Source of the DNA: Eledone cirrhosa
Taxonomy: Eukaryota
DNA: 64,000 nt
Reading direction: 5' to 3'
Assembly: GCA_964016885.1 (NCBI GenBank)
Contig: OZ024743.1
Coordinates: 68,138,001 to 68,202,000, forward strand
A program made the translations under genes and the position numbers. Each line of letters begins with the position of its first letter. Positions within the stretch are counted from its first letter, which is position 1. A model generated the notes under the pieces. That model saw only the letters and a list, made by a program, of their open reading frames with translations, had not been told where the DNA came from and did not search any database. Shown piece after piece: positions 41,830 to 55,811 of the stretch.

Positions 41830-42400
41830 CTGTGTGTCTCTGTATTACCTATAGGGGCCTACATCGTACGACCGATTTTCATGAACATTTACAGGCTCAT
41901 AGATTAGTCATGGGGGAGTGTTTTCTATATATCAGCGTATCGTTTTTTTTTTATTCTGGGGTCATTCTGCAGATAAAATTCGATAGGGTTGGTCACCTTT
42001 TTTTAGGTTTCGAAAAATAAGGTTTTTAGCTCTAGCTCCCACATTTTGCCACCGATTTCGTTCAAAATTTAAAGCAAAATAGAATTTATCATTGCACATC
42101 CTGTAATCATTTTATATTTTGCATTTATTGTTCAGGGACGGCGTGGCAGCCGCTTAGATATTGAAAAATACCACTTTTAGACTCAAATTTCCACTTTTTC
42201 GGCTCTAGCTCCCACATTAATCAACCTACTTTGTTCAAATTACACTTCGCTAGATCTGATTATTGTACGTCTTAAAGTGGATTTTTCTTCAGGAACAGGG
42301 TGGCAGCCGCTTAAATATTCGAAAATACCACCTTTTAACTCAAATTTCCGCCTTTTCGGCACTAGCTCCCACATTTTTCAACCGATTTCGTTCAAATTCG
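41830..42400 (+). repeat. ~160-bp tandem subrepeats, possibly a DINE-1/Helentron-like element
   Basis: TAGCTCCCACATT at 42033, 42206, 42363; microsatellite followed by ACCGATTTTCATGAA. Confidence 0.45.
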
Positions 42401-42595
42401 AAACTCCCCCCCCCCCAGCATTCCTCTTCGTCAGTCACCTGGGTTTCTAAGTGATAGAGCTCATCACCACCCTCCCCCGGATGGCCTGTGTTTGGCCATA
42501 GGTTAGTCATCGAGAAGCAGTCGCTAAGACCAACAGCTTTTCACCAAAGCAGATATTATTTTACCTACCCAGGAAACGCTGGGTACTGCTGCTAG

Positions 42596-42666
<71 letters not shown>

Positions 42667-43626
42667 ATATGGTTTCATAATCCCACTGATTATAACTCTA
42701 TATGAATAGGGAAAAATGGATTTATTCCTGTATAGTAAAATGATACTACCTACTAATTGTCGCACAAATACATACACTAGATATATATATATAGTGCACG
42801 AATGTATTGCATATGCATTATGTAGCTTGTTATGTAACTTCCAGGAATCCGAGTAACCTATTTGAGATTTTATCGATTATGTCTATTCTAATGAACAAAA
42901 GAAGGTCCAGGTTATATTTCAACCTTTCTGTATTTATCGTTGTTGCGCTACAAGTTTGACCACTGCCTTCGGTCGAATTTCGTGGTGTCAAACGCCTTAA
43001 CAGTGGTGCTTACTGAGGACGCTAATTTATTAACTTCTCGTTCCATTTAGTGACATGCGATTACCTCAAATAACTCAACGAACTATTACCGGCTCGTCCA
43101 AGTGTGGCCACTCGCGCCAATAGGGTCACCATTTCGTTCAGCTTCGTGTTGACACCAAACCCAGTCTTTCGAACGTCCAAAACACATACCAATACGCCTC
43201 CACGTCCGCACCTTCACACACGATACCTTACATGCTCGCACGCACACACAAACACGGACATAAATGTGTGAATACACGCACGCATAGTTGCCCCATTAAT
43301 AATACCACAATACCCACATACGTCCACAAAAAAGTGCCGATGCTTATATATACACCTTTCATCTCACAAACCACTACAAAAATATGTTGTTGTTTTTTTT
43401 GTCACATCGCCACTCTGAAGAGCATATTTATAGTTAATTCGGTTCCAGAACTTGTATGGGTGATGTTGAGGAAATATTCTGCAAAAGGCGCGTAGTAGAT
43501 CAATACACAATAATTATATTTCATATGTAACCACGAAACTTCCTCGTTTTTCCTCTGATATATACATTCTGCATGTGCATAGATTGCTTGCTTTGATTCC
43601 AACACCAATAATTCACTGAACCACCT

Positions 43627-43682
<56 letters not shown>

Positions 43683-43709
43683 ATTTATTTATATATATAT
43701 ATATTTTTT

Positions 43710-46700
43710 TTTTTACCCTTTACGCTCTTTCCTACATTCCTCTACACGCTACAGTCTTATACACGACACGCATCTCAACGTACACCCACTTACATCTCTC
43801 TCTCTCCCGGATATTTACCCATCTGCATTGTCGAGGCTTCCAAACGACTTAAAGAAATTTACCTTGTTCTTCCACAATGCTTCAAGCAAACTTCAATACT
43901 CTCTTATCCTTACACCTGAGCCAGGAATTGTTTGCATCCGTAAGGGAACTGTTTAGACTGTCGGATAAATGGGCCAATGCTGGCTGTCAAATTATTTTCC
44001 TGAAACGCTGCCTAAAAAAACGATGTCATCCCCAAAACCATGAGGAACATCCGCTTACCAGTAAGCCTACGTACACCAGCTTTCCAAAACACCACTAACC
44101 GCATACATTGCACGTGTATTAAACAGATCCTGAGACATCTCAACCGCCAATTACACATCCATAAGCGGGCACTCTCAGAGCGGACACATCGACTGCCAAT
44201 AGCACCCGGAGACTTGCTCCTAAATATCACTAAAGCAATCAACCAGTGCTACCACTCCAGAGTCCAATACGATACCAAGCGGCTCAAGCGGAAATATGAG
44301 TGGATCTTGTCTAAACTCCACAAGGAGAACATCGACACTAACGTACAGGCGGACCAGAACCACGTGGAAAACTACAACGTAACAACCGCCACCGCCGCAT
44401 CCACCAACACCGAGCCACACCTCAACGATGCGACGCACCTGGTCACCGACCTAACCGGCACTCTCACGAGTGACGAGCTGAAACTCCTACACCTCGGACG
44501 CAAATTCATCGTCTCACAACGACTCGACGACAGACTCAAACTCGACATCGAGGCCAACTTTTGTCGATCCGCTTACCAACTTAAATGGGTGACGGACATC
44601 AACAGCGCCCACGGAACCCACCCCAAGCTCCCCACTTACCACCCCGACAACCCATTCCACCTCCCACCCACCAAACACGAACTCGACATTAAACTCATCA
44701 CGCTAAAACACTCCATCTCGGATATACTTCACAAACACACACACACACGCACAACACACAACCTCACCAAATATTAACTCACCACTCTCTCCAACCTAAA
44801 ATCGAAGAACCTCATCTACCTCCCCTCCGACAAGGGAAAAGAATTCTGCGTCATCAGCAGAGAGGCCTACAACACCCTGGACCTCCAACACCTTGACGAT
44901 GACAACCTCTACTCCAAGGTCACGGGAATCACTCCCGTGCAGATAGAATAGCACATCAACGCCGCCTGGACCAACATCTGCGACCGGCGGAAGCTCCCGA
45001 AGAAGCTGAGATACAACCTCCTCACGAGGAACAGCAGACTACTCGCCTTCTACCACGTCGTGAAAACACACAAACAGGGACCCGACCTGAAGATCAGGCC
45101 CATTGTATCGAGCGTGGAAGGACCACTCTACAAAATTTCATGGCTCCTTGCCAGAATACTCAAACCCTTGCCGGGACACGTTAACAGCTCCGAGGAGGTG
45201 TTGAAGCACCTGCATCAAATGGATCCGACACCAGAAAGAATAACAGATATGTCTTCAGCCTTGATGTAGTCGCTCTCTACACCTCGGTCCCGGCACTCCC
45301 GGCCGTTAATATACTGATGGAACGCGTCCAATCCACCGACCTACACTGCTTCGGGCTCACCACCACTGACATCCACCAACTCCTATCCATCGTCGTCGAC
45401 AACACCTACTTCGGATTCATTGACCAAACATACCGACAAACCTCGGGGCTGCCCATGGGATCCCGCCTGTCGGGTGTGCTAGCGATCTCTTACATGGACA
45501 GCCTCGAGCGCAAGGCACTCAATGCCTGCCACCCCAACGCTGTCGCCTTTTTCTCAAGGTACGTGGATGATATCCTCATCTTCACATCTTCCCAAGACAT
45601 GGCGAACAGAATCTATGAGACGTACAACAACACGGACGAAAACATTGACTTCAGTGTTGAACACCCCAACGAAGACGGGTCACTTGCCCTCCTCGACTTC
45701 CGAATCAACATCACGGAGCAGGGAGGGATCCACTGCAACTTCTACCGAAAGGCAGCCTGCAGGGACCTGTTTGTCCACTACAAGTCCGTCCTCCCTAACA
45801 GTGCCAAAAGAGGATACACCACGAACGAGATCTCGCGAATCAAAAACAGATGCAGTACCCGCGAGTGGTGTCACTCATACCAAGCGATTCCTCGAGGTGC
45901 TGGAGACGAAAGGGTACCCTACCTCGCTCACTGACAGAGTAGGAAACACCCGACACAAGAGACAGAGAAGCACCCAAGGCAAGCGCTTCCTTAAAATGCC
46001 ACTCATGGGCGAGAATACCACCAACGCTATCCGCAAGGCTATACGGAGGGAGGGCCTCGAGATCCACCTGGCCCACTCGGGCCCCTCCCTGCGAAGATGC
46101 TTCTCCAGGAAACCCGGGAAATCAACTGATGCGTGCTCTCTCAGTGACTTCCCGATCCGCCATGCGAACTGTTGCCTACGCGCATACGTCGTGTATAAGA
46201 CAGAATGTAACAAGTGCAACCAATACTATATAGGTAGCACAATCCGGCCGTTGCACATCCAGATCAGGGAGCACACTAACACCAGGGCCTCGTCTTGCCG
46301 GAAACACATAGCCAAATGCGGAAACAAAGACGGAAGGCCCATTGTCACAATTCTAGCGACAGAAAGAAACGTCGGCACATTACGTATCAAGGAAGCACTT
46401 TGGATCAAACACCTAGGGCCACAATTAAACAACCGATCCGAGAGAAGCGAAATGAGGTGGTTGGTTTAAGTTAACAAACGATGCAGCAACAAACGCACAC
46501 ACACACACAAGCGGGACAGCAACACACGCACACACACTCGCACAGTAGCATTCCACCATACAAACATACTACAATGCCAATACAGAGGAACAAGGCAACA
46601 ACACACGCACACACATACTCAAGCCAGACAACAACACACGCACACACACACACACACACAGTAACATTACCAAACAGGCAGATAGTACTATGGGCTGACA

Positions 46701-47183
46701 GCTAGCGCCACACCACTCCCACAATTGAAATAACTACTTCGGCCGCTGACCCCTGCCTGGCCGACCCCATTTCACGCGCACGCACGCTCTGCTGAATATC
46801 TCAGATATTCAAAACGACGAACAACGGAAGACACGTTTCGCACCTTTCCGACAGACAACCCCCCCCCCCCCCCCCGAAAAAGATCCAGTTGATGGATGTG
46901 AATCCGAAATATATAGGGACAATTAAATCTCTCCCAAGGTAACTCTATCTCGTGTTGTTTTTTTATTTTTATTTTATCTTTTACGGTTTTTCCTTCATTC
47001 CTCTACACGCTACAATCTTATACACGCCACGCATCTCAACGTACACCCATTTACATCTCTATCTCCACCATCGGATCTTGTTACCCGGCGATTTACCCAT
47101 CTGCATTGTCGAGGCTTCCAAACGACCTAAAGAAATTTACCTTATTATTCCACAATGCTTCAAGCAAACTTCAATATTCTCTT

Positions 47184-47185
<2 letters not shown>
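43710..47185 (+). mobile_element. Near full-length Poseidon/Penelope-like PLE with direct pLTRs (43710-43905, 46975-47185)
   Basis: Direct repeats include the ORF start ATGCTTCAAGCAAAC; TA flanks; decayed HHR-like motif at 46884-46919. Confidence 0.88.
43877..46469 (+). pseudogene. PLE RT + GIY-YIG ORF with frameshifts and stops
   Basis: SDKG, KTHK..IRPIVS, DVVALYTSV, GLPMGS, SRYVDDI, VVYKTECNKCNQYYIGSTIRPL. Confidence 0.9.
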
Positions 47186-47227
<42 letters not shown>

Positions 47228-47353
47228 TATTACTCCAAGAATAACCTGCATAACTAAGGAAATCTCTTGTTGAGTGAAACAGCGCTGTACGTTAAAGCCA
47301 TCCATAGTACAGAACACTCACAACCTCTACATGGATTACGTAAGACGATAATC

Positions 47354-47432
<79 letters not shown>

Positions 47433-47609
47433 ACAAAGAAGGTGTCGTAAGATACCAGGGGTACCATAACGCGCCAGATTACTCGATACTTGGGGTAGTA
47501 GTGTGGGTAATTTGAAAAGAGTCAGGATCCCAATGGCCGAGTTCCGGCTTTTACGACAGCTAGACCCTCGGGGTCCAGACTCCTTTCATATATACATATA
47601 TATATCATA

Positions 47610-47812
47610 TTGACAGTAGTACTAAGACAGCAGCGCTTAAATATTAGAGGGTCGGACTCTATGCTTGCATCAAAGAGTTACGGCCCATTATGTTCAGAGT
47701 TCAAATCCCGCCGAGTTTAACTTTGCTTTCCATCCTTACAGGGTCGATGAAATAAAGTACGAATAATACACTGGGATAATTGCTGGCTTTGTGCCAAAAG
47801 TAGATACGATTA
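47610..47812 (+). mobile_element. Meta-like SINE
   Basis: B box GAGTTCAAATCC and conserved core/tail. Confidence 0.75.
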
Positions 47813-48219
47813 TATGTGTGAATATGTACACATATATTATATACTTATATACAATAAATTCGTGGGTATGCTTGCTATCAAAGAAAACATCATTATGTTA
47901 CGAATAATGTATGTTGCTTTCTTTTCCTCTATAAATATATCAGAGAGATGCCACTTGGGCTGAGAATGTCAGACTGCTCTCTTTCAAGACAATTCATCAT
48001 TCATCATTGACATTCAGTCATCATCTACTGGCATACAAATAGACTAGAGTTTATATAGATTTTCGCGTGATGAAAATATGCTTGAGATCCTCATTTGCAT
48101 ATTGTGCAAACAAGGCTGCTTATAATTAATTGTCAGTAGGAGTAAGACAGCACTTAAATATAAAAGGGTAATATATGAAACCATATATAAAATGTATTAT
48201 ACATACACACATACACGAA

Positions 48220-48257
<38 letters not shown>

Positions 48258-48271
48258 TTTTAATATAGATG

Positions 48272-48322
48272 AGATTCTACAGGACTAGAACTGTTTCATT
48301 CTTTAGAAATCTTCAGGAATCT
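48272..48322 (-). ncRNA. Type I hammerhead ribozyme
   Basis: AGAUUC CUGAAGA U-UUC-UAAA-GAA-U GAAA CAG-UUCUAGUC-CUG UA GAAUCU. Confidence 0.82.
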
Positions 48323-48900
48323 GGGTATCAAAAAATAAGTATGGTATTAATAGGTCTCTACAAGTGGTAGGAGAGGGTGGGGAGTGGGATGGGTGTAGGT
48401 CATTGGTTGATAGAAAAGGGAATTCATTAAAAGCTAATTCTACAAAGCTATAGTTTATTTTTATTTTGTTATACTTGGGGAGGGTCATATTTGCGTAATA
48501 TTTTAGCGTAACAAAGGCAGACAGAATTCTATAAACAGGTTCAGGATGGCAAGCCATTCCTTGTTATTAAGTTTCTCTTAAGGTAACAGGTGTCTATAAG
48601 ATCAGTGGAGGGTCAGTCATGGTAGATAGATTTAAAGGGAAAGGGAGATTCTTTAAAAGCTAAATTCATTAAGATTCTACTAAGTGACAAAGGTTTAGAG
48701 AATTCTGTAGACAAATTCAGAATATTGAGTGCATATCTTACAATTATCTTAAAATTTCTCATAAACAATTCAACTATATGCCAAAAATCAACAGACACAT
48801 TCACAAAACACACTCACTCACACACTCGCGCGCAGCCATAAACACACATACATATACACAAATACACACATAAAAACACACACACACATATAAATATATT

Positions 48901-48937
<37 letters not shown>

Positions 48938-49023
48938 ATATATATCTATATACATATATATATATATATACACATATACAAATACACACACGCACACATA
49001 CATACACACATATATACATGTGC

Positions 49024-49086
<63 letters not shown>

Positions 49087-49103
49087 TATATACACATACA
49101 CAT

Positions 49104-49184
<81 letters not shown>

Positions 49185-49189
49185 CATAC

Positions 49190-49224
<35 letters not shown>

Positions 49225-49332
49225 TACGCACACACACGTATACGTACACACATCTATATATACATATATATATATATATATATACAAACACACACATATA
49301 CATATATATACACACATACACATACACACAAA

Positions 49333-49398
<66 letters not shown>

Positions 49399-49399
49399 T

Positions 49400-49440
<41 letters not shown>

Positions 49441-49467
49441 CATACGTACACATACACATACACATAT

Positions 49468-49518
<51 letters not shown>

Positions 49519-49529
49519 TACACATATAC

Positions 49530-49560
<31 letters not shown>

Positions 49561-49596
49561 TACACACACACACACACACGTATACGTACACACATC

Positions 49597-49654
<58 letters not shown>

Positions 49655-49696
49655 TAGGTAAATATACACGGGTGTGTATGATTATGTATAGAAGAT

Positions 49697-50691
49697 TATA
49701 TTAATAAGAGGAATTCCAACTTTGTCTGATTTACTCGTTTTATTTACAATCCTTTAAAATATATCTAATATAATATGGTATTATAATGAAATAGTATGAT
49801 AAAATATTAAATTCTAAGTGTTAATTGAACATGTACTTTCATGCTTTCGCAATCTTCAGGTTCATGATATGTGGTGACAGTCGAGTTTGCAATTTTCAAC
49901 TGTAATGAGATGGGTAAATTTACTACTTTTATACATTTTATACAGAGAAAAGTGGTTCCGGAATGCAAAGCCCTGTAAACTGTATTTCGACCAATCAGTG
50001 TGTAGTTTCACTGAATTACTACATCTGATTGGTTTAAGCGTCACGGCTGGTTGAGCATGCTAACGACCAATAGTCATACCCAACGTATCAATTGTTTTGC
50101 TTTTTGAAATGATGAAAATAGCATTTTCTATTAATCATCACCATCAACATCACTTTTCTTTTTATTATTATTGTTGTTGTTGTTGTTGTTAGTGGTCGTG
50201 CTCATAGTGGTAGTAGAAGTAATACCGCTAGGCGTTATTATTGTTCATTTAGCTTGGGTTTGAATTTATCAATAAAATTCTTTTCTTTGATTTTTCTCTT
50301 GATTTCACTTGGGCTGTGTAATTTGTAGAATGGGAATATTATAAATATTCCCTGACCACATGTTGCCAGGTGGCCGCTTAGGGGTATCTGACGGACATTT
50401 GGGTCTCTGATTTGTTGACGGGTACACCGTCAACAAATCAGAGACCCAAATGTATAAAATGTATAAAAGTTAGTAAATTTACCCATCTCATTACAGTTGA
50501 AAATTGCAAACTCGACTGTCACCACATATCATGAACCTGAAGATTGCGAAAGCATGAAAGTACTTGTTCAATTAACACTTAGAATTTAATATTCTATCAT
50601 ACTATTTCATTATAATACCATATTATATTATATATATTTTAAAGGATTGTAAATAAAACGAGTAAATCAGACAAAGTTGGAATTCCTCTTA

Positions 50692-50697
<6 letters not shown>
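49697..50697. mobile_element. Nested non-autonomous fold-back element (49697-49935 vs 50455-50697; central hairpin 50393-50452)
   Basis: Inverted arms with HHRs at 49826-49864 (minus, U16.1 mutated) and 50532-50570 (plus). Confidence 0.8.
50532..50570 (+). ncRNA. Minimal hammerhead ribozyme
   Basis: UGAAC CUGAAGA U-UGC-GAAA-GCA-U GAAA G-UA-C UU GUUCA; palindromic stem III AGUACU. Confidence 0.85.
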
Positions 50698-50771
<74 letters not shown>

Positions 50772-50788
50772 TATATATATACATATAC

Positions 50789-50825
<37 letters not shown>

Positions 50826-50925
50826 TACATACACATATACATATACATACATACATACATATAAATACATACATATACATATATATACATATATATATAT
50901 ATACACACATATAAAAAAAATCATC

Positions 50926-52733
50926 TAATCTTTATGTCTCCTCCGATAAAACCAAAAACGTTTAGGAGGTAGACCCACAGACCTACAATAAGCTGGCAAA
51001 AAATTCCATCACGACCACCTAAAAAAGGTAATAGAGATGGCACTGACTGAGACAAACGCGGCCGGAAAAGAAATCGCCAAGTCCCTTAAATTACACGACC
51101 GAACCGAACCTTTAAGGGTAAAGACCCCGCACTTTACCCTGAAGGACCATAAGGTAACTTCTTCAACAAACCATCAGTCAGACTTATCAACCCCACTCGT
51201 TCTGACATCGGCTCTATCAGTAAGAAGATCCTGGATAGAGTTCTACCATCATTGCGGGCTGCCTCACCACTTCCACTCTGGAGCAGAACATCTGAGGCAA
51301 TATCATGGTTCCAAAAATTACCCGACAAACACCACACTCGCTTCCTGCAACTCGACATAGAAAACTACTATGCCTCTATCTCGGAGCCCCTCCTGAAGTA
51401 CGCAATTAACTTTGCCAGGAATTTTACCACCATTACCGATGCTGAGCAAGTTGTTATCCTCCACGCTCGTAAGACCTTTCTATACCACGATGGATCATAC
51501 TGGATCAACAAGAAATCTCAGACCCCATTTGATGTTAGCATGGGAGCGAGTGACTCGGCTGAACTTAGCGACCTTGTGGGCCTGAACATCCTACATCACC
51601 TGAAGAACCTCTTTACCGGCCTAACGGGAGGCTTATACCGAGACGACGGCCTTTTCGCCCTGCATAAGGTTAACCCCAGAACCACCGATGGGTTTCGGAA
51701 AAACTTAAGCTCATTCTTCTCTAATCTAGGATTTAGTATAACTATAGAATCTAATTTGACTAGGGCCAACTTCTTAGATGTCACTCTCGACCTAGATACT
51801 TCCCTCTATTACCCGTACCACAAACCTAACGAGTCCCTTAAATATATTAATGTTAATTCAAACCACCCCCAAAACATCACTGATAACCTAGTAAAAAGCG
51901 TCTCTATTAGAATATCTGGCCTCTCCGCCAACAAAGATATTTTTAACGCATCTGCCTCCTACTACAATGACGCCCTCGCCCGTAGCGGATTTAAAGAAAA
52001 GATAACATACCTAGAAACCACCGCAAGATTACAGAGGAGGAATAGACATAGGCAGATTAGCTGGTACAACCCTCCCTTCAATAGAGAGGTCTCTACTCCG
52101 ATAGCTAGCATTTTCTTCACTTTGCTGAAATTACACTTCCCCACACAACATAGGTACCACACCATCTTTAATAAGAACACAATAAGACTCTCCTACTCCA
52201 CCACACCTAACCTAGCTAGGAATATAGCCAACCACAATTCTAAAAAATTAAATAAGCCAACCACCTCCGAACCCAATCCCCGGACTGGGGCTCTGTGTAA
52301 TTGCCTAAATAAGGAAGCATGCCCACTTGAAAACAAATGCCTCACAAATGATATCGTATACAAATGCGATGTCATCTCAGGCACCGATGATTGCAAAAAA
52401 ACTTACATCGGCATGACCTCCAACAACTCTAAGACCCGTTGGTATGCCCATACCCACTCCTTCAGAAGACCGGACAAATCAAACCAGACAACACTCGCCT
52501 ACTACCTCAAAAGGAACTCCACCCCCTTCACGCTTAAATGGAAAATACTCCAGAAAGCGCGCTCTTACAACGGAGGACACAAGGGCTGCGAACGTTGTAT
52601 TTCAGAGAGCTACGAAATTTTATTCGCCAAGGGCCCGCTACTGAACAAAATCTCTGAACACTGCCCGAACTGCATGCACAAGAACTTTGCAACTTTCAAA
52701 CACTTTAAGCCAGTGTTAAAACCCGATGGCTAA
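50926..52733 (+). pseudogene. Naiad-like RT + GIY-YIG ORF (5'-truncated; stop and frameshift upstream of the 51252-52733 frame)
   Basis: SDKTKN, QLDIENYYASI, GGLYRDDGL, CNCLNKEACPLENKCL, IVYKC..TYIGMT, CERCISE. Confidence 0.9.
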
Positions 52734-53111
52734 AAACGACCTCCTCCTATTGGCCCCTATAACTCCTTCCCACCCTACCCCCACCCCTCCTCAACCTGAA
52801 ATACGGCCACTATGGTTATGTGAGTACCTCTTACCTCTCTACATTTTCTGACCGTAGAGGTGTTTTTATGTGCCTGCGTATATGCGTATATTTATTGAGT
52901 ACTTATTTATTTGTATGTGTATATATTTGTGTGTATGTGTGTATATGTATGTGTATGTATATATATATATGTGTGTATATGTGTTTATTTATGTAGTTAT
53001 ATGTATATATGTGTATATATGTGTGTATATATATGTATATATGTGTGTATATCTGTGGGTGTGTGTGTGTGTGCGTATATGTATGTATATGTATGTATGT
53101 ATATGTGTGTG

Positions 53112-53200
<89 letters not shown>

Positions 53201-53486
53201 GTATGTATATGTATATATATATGTATATATGTATATATGTGTGTGTGTGTGTATATGTATGTGTGTGTGTGCATGTGTATATATATATATATATGTGTGT
53301 GAGAGTGTATATATATGTGTGTGCGTGTATGTGTGTATGCGTGTATATATATGTATATATATGTATATGTGTGTATGTGTGCGTATAGGTGTATGTATAT
53401 ATGCGTGTATATGTATTTGTATATGTCTGTGTATGTATGTGTATGTATATATATATATATATGTATGTATATATATATATATATAG

Positions 53487-53700
53487 TGAAGGCGTGTGGC
53501 TGAGTGGTTAGAGAATTGGATTCGCAATCGTAAGGTTGTGAGTTCGATTCCTGGACCAGGTGATGCGTTATGTCCTTGAGCAAGACACTTTATTTCACGT
53601 TGCTCCTTCTACCTGGAGTTGCGACCGATAGATAGTATTAGCAATTGGAAAGACCAACGGAAACATTGTTCCCTCGGTCCGATTTGACGAAAGTCGATCG
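53487..53700 (+). mobile_element. CORE-type tRNA SINE
   Basis: TGGCTGAGTGG A box, GAGTTCGATTCC B box, TGTCCTTGAGCAAGACACTTTA core. Confidence 0.82.
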
Positions 53701-53704
53701 TTCG

Positions 53705-53753
<49 letters not shown>

Positions 53754-54444
53754 ATGTGTATATGTATATATATATGTATATATATATGTATATGCACATG
53801 TATATATGTTGGTATGTATGTGTGTGTGTGTGTGTATTGTATATGTGTATATATATATATGTATATATATATATAAGTATATATATATATATATATATAA
53901 ATATCTTTATATGTGTGTGTGTGTTTTTATGTGTGTATTTCTGTATGTGTATGTGTGTTTACGGTTGTGCGCGCGAGTGTGTGAGTGAGTGTGTTTTGTG
54001 AATGTGTCTGTTGATTTTTGGCATATAGTTGAATAGTTTATGAGAAATTTGAAGATAATTGTAAGATATGCACCCAATATTCTGAATTTGTCTACAGAAT
54101 TCTCTAAACCTTTGTCACTTAGTAGAACCTTAAAGAATTTAGCTTTTAAAGAATCTCCCTTTCCTTTAAATCTATCTACCATGACTGACCCCCCACTGAT
54201 CTTATAGACACCTGTTAGCTTAAGAGAAACTTAATAACAAGGAATGGCTTGCCATCCTGAACCTGTTTATAGAATTCTGTCTGCCTTTGCTACTCTAAAA
54301 ACAAAAATAAATAAAAATAAAAATAAACTATAGCTTTTAATGAATTCCCTTTTCTATCAACCAATGACCTACACCCATCCCACTCCCCACCCTCTCCTAC
54401 CACTTGTAGAGACCTATAAATACCATACTTATTTTTTGATACTC

Positions 54445-54487
54445 AGATTCCTGATGATTTCTAAAGAATGAAACAGTTCTAGAATCT
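54445..54487 (+). ncRNA. Hammerhead ribozyme with 8-nt deletion in stem III
   Basis: AGAUUC CUGAUGA UUUCUAAAGAAU GAAA CAGUUCUA GAAUCU compared with the 48272 copy. Confidence 0.6.
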
Positions 54488-54569
54488 CATCTATATTAAC
54501 ACTTTTATTCTCTGCAATGTATTGAGTACCTTACTTACTGTTGTTACCTCCGATTCAACCCGGAATAAC

Positions 54570-54640
<71 letters not shown>

Positions 54641-54646
<6 letters not shown>

Positions 54647-55258
54647 GTTAGAAACACAGAGTAGTCGCTTAAAATTCAATAACTCTAAGAAAAAGCTTTT
54701 CCTAGCCGTGTAATATAATTGAATAAACAAGAGAGATGAATACTAATATAAACATTCATGTGTTCGAATCGTAATGCCTGGGTTAGCTAGGTTGAAAAAA
54801 ATACTAACTACAGCAATATGGTTTGTCAGACTTAATGTTAAGTAGTAAATTAAGAAAAATAACAGACCTATATCGGGCCTGGTAACAACTAGACAGTTTT
54901 GAAAACTGTTTCGTAACATCTTATTAAGTGAAGTCAACACGTTTCTCTGCTCCTCAGTAGACGTTGAGAAATTAGCGATCTTTTCTCTTCTAAAAATATT
55001 AGAAGACTGAATTGTGTGCGACATGAAATAGCGCACGTGTCACCGGAACCCAGCTTGTCTCGAAATCCTATGCCGCTAAAGATAGCAGTCTGGTTAGCAA
55101 GACATTAACATTACCTCTACATGATGTAAGCCGACAAATATATAGTGAGTTAGAAACTCAGAGTAGTCTCTTACTATTAAATAGCTCTAAGAAAAAAGCT
55201 TTTTCCGAGCCGTGTAATATAATTGATAAACAAGAGAGATGAAGACTAATATAAACAT
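54641..55258 (-). mobile_element. ~502-nt terminally redundant HHR unit (family C)
   Basis: 54641-54755 is repeated at 55143-55258; related fragment near 1965-2070. Confidence 0.7.
54886..54966 (-). ncRNA. Hammerhead ribozyme with long stems II and III
   Basis: CUA CUGAGGA G..C GAAA CAGUUU-UCA-AAACUG UC UAG. Confidence 0.68.
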
Positions 55259-55741
55259 ACTCTGAGTTTACTAGTAGACTTTAATGCGAAGAAATACCAA
55301 TGATAATCAGCAGACTACTGGTGATGGACAGTCGTGTCTCGGTATATTTTCTTTCATATGTTCTCATTCGCAACAACGCAGCACGCCATTTTTCATTCAT
55401 ATATATATATATCACAGAAAAAAAAAGAATCAGTGGAATTTATTGGACATATCTGACAATCGCTAGGTACTCAGATACGTTCTTGATGCTACGAAGCAGA
55501 TTTTCAGAGTGAGGTTCGATCATCACATCGATCATGGCTCGAGTTAGTCGCCAGAATAAGGATTGTAATATGTCCAATAAATACCATTCGTCACAACACT
55601 GATTGTCTTTTTTTCTGTGATATCATACTCTATGAGAGCATCGAGTGCTCATACGGCCCACCGCATACGGATGTTTAAGCATCCAACACCAATTATATAT
55701 ATATATATATATAATGTATAATAAACAATACAATATAATTA

Positions 55742-55811
55742 CCTCATTACCACAGGTTTCCCGAATAAGACGAATACGAAAGAAACGTCCTCATTCGTTC
55801 GTCGGACAAGG
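55742..55811 (-). ncRNA. Hammerhead ribozyme with CCGACGA (U4C) core; decayed copy at 60002-60071 (+)
   Basis: CCUUGU CCGACGA A CGAAUGAGGACG..CGUCUUAUUCG G GAAA CC-UGU-GG UA AUGAGG. Confidence 0.68.

Larger units (their letters stand above)
48255..54570 (+). mobile_element. Naiad-like PLE with inverted 3'-end copy (48255-~48900 vs ~53900-54500) and nested insertions
   Basis: Arms are reverse complements, including microsatellite polarity; HHR in both arms. Confidence 0.8.

Noticed and set aside
53487-53560. tRNA gene
   Set aside because: The tRNA-like head continues into a SINE core and is multi-copy; no complete cloverleaf.
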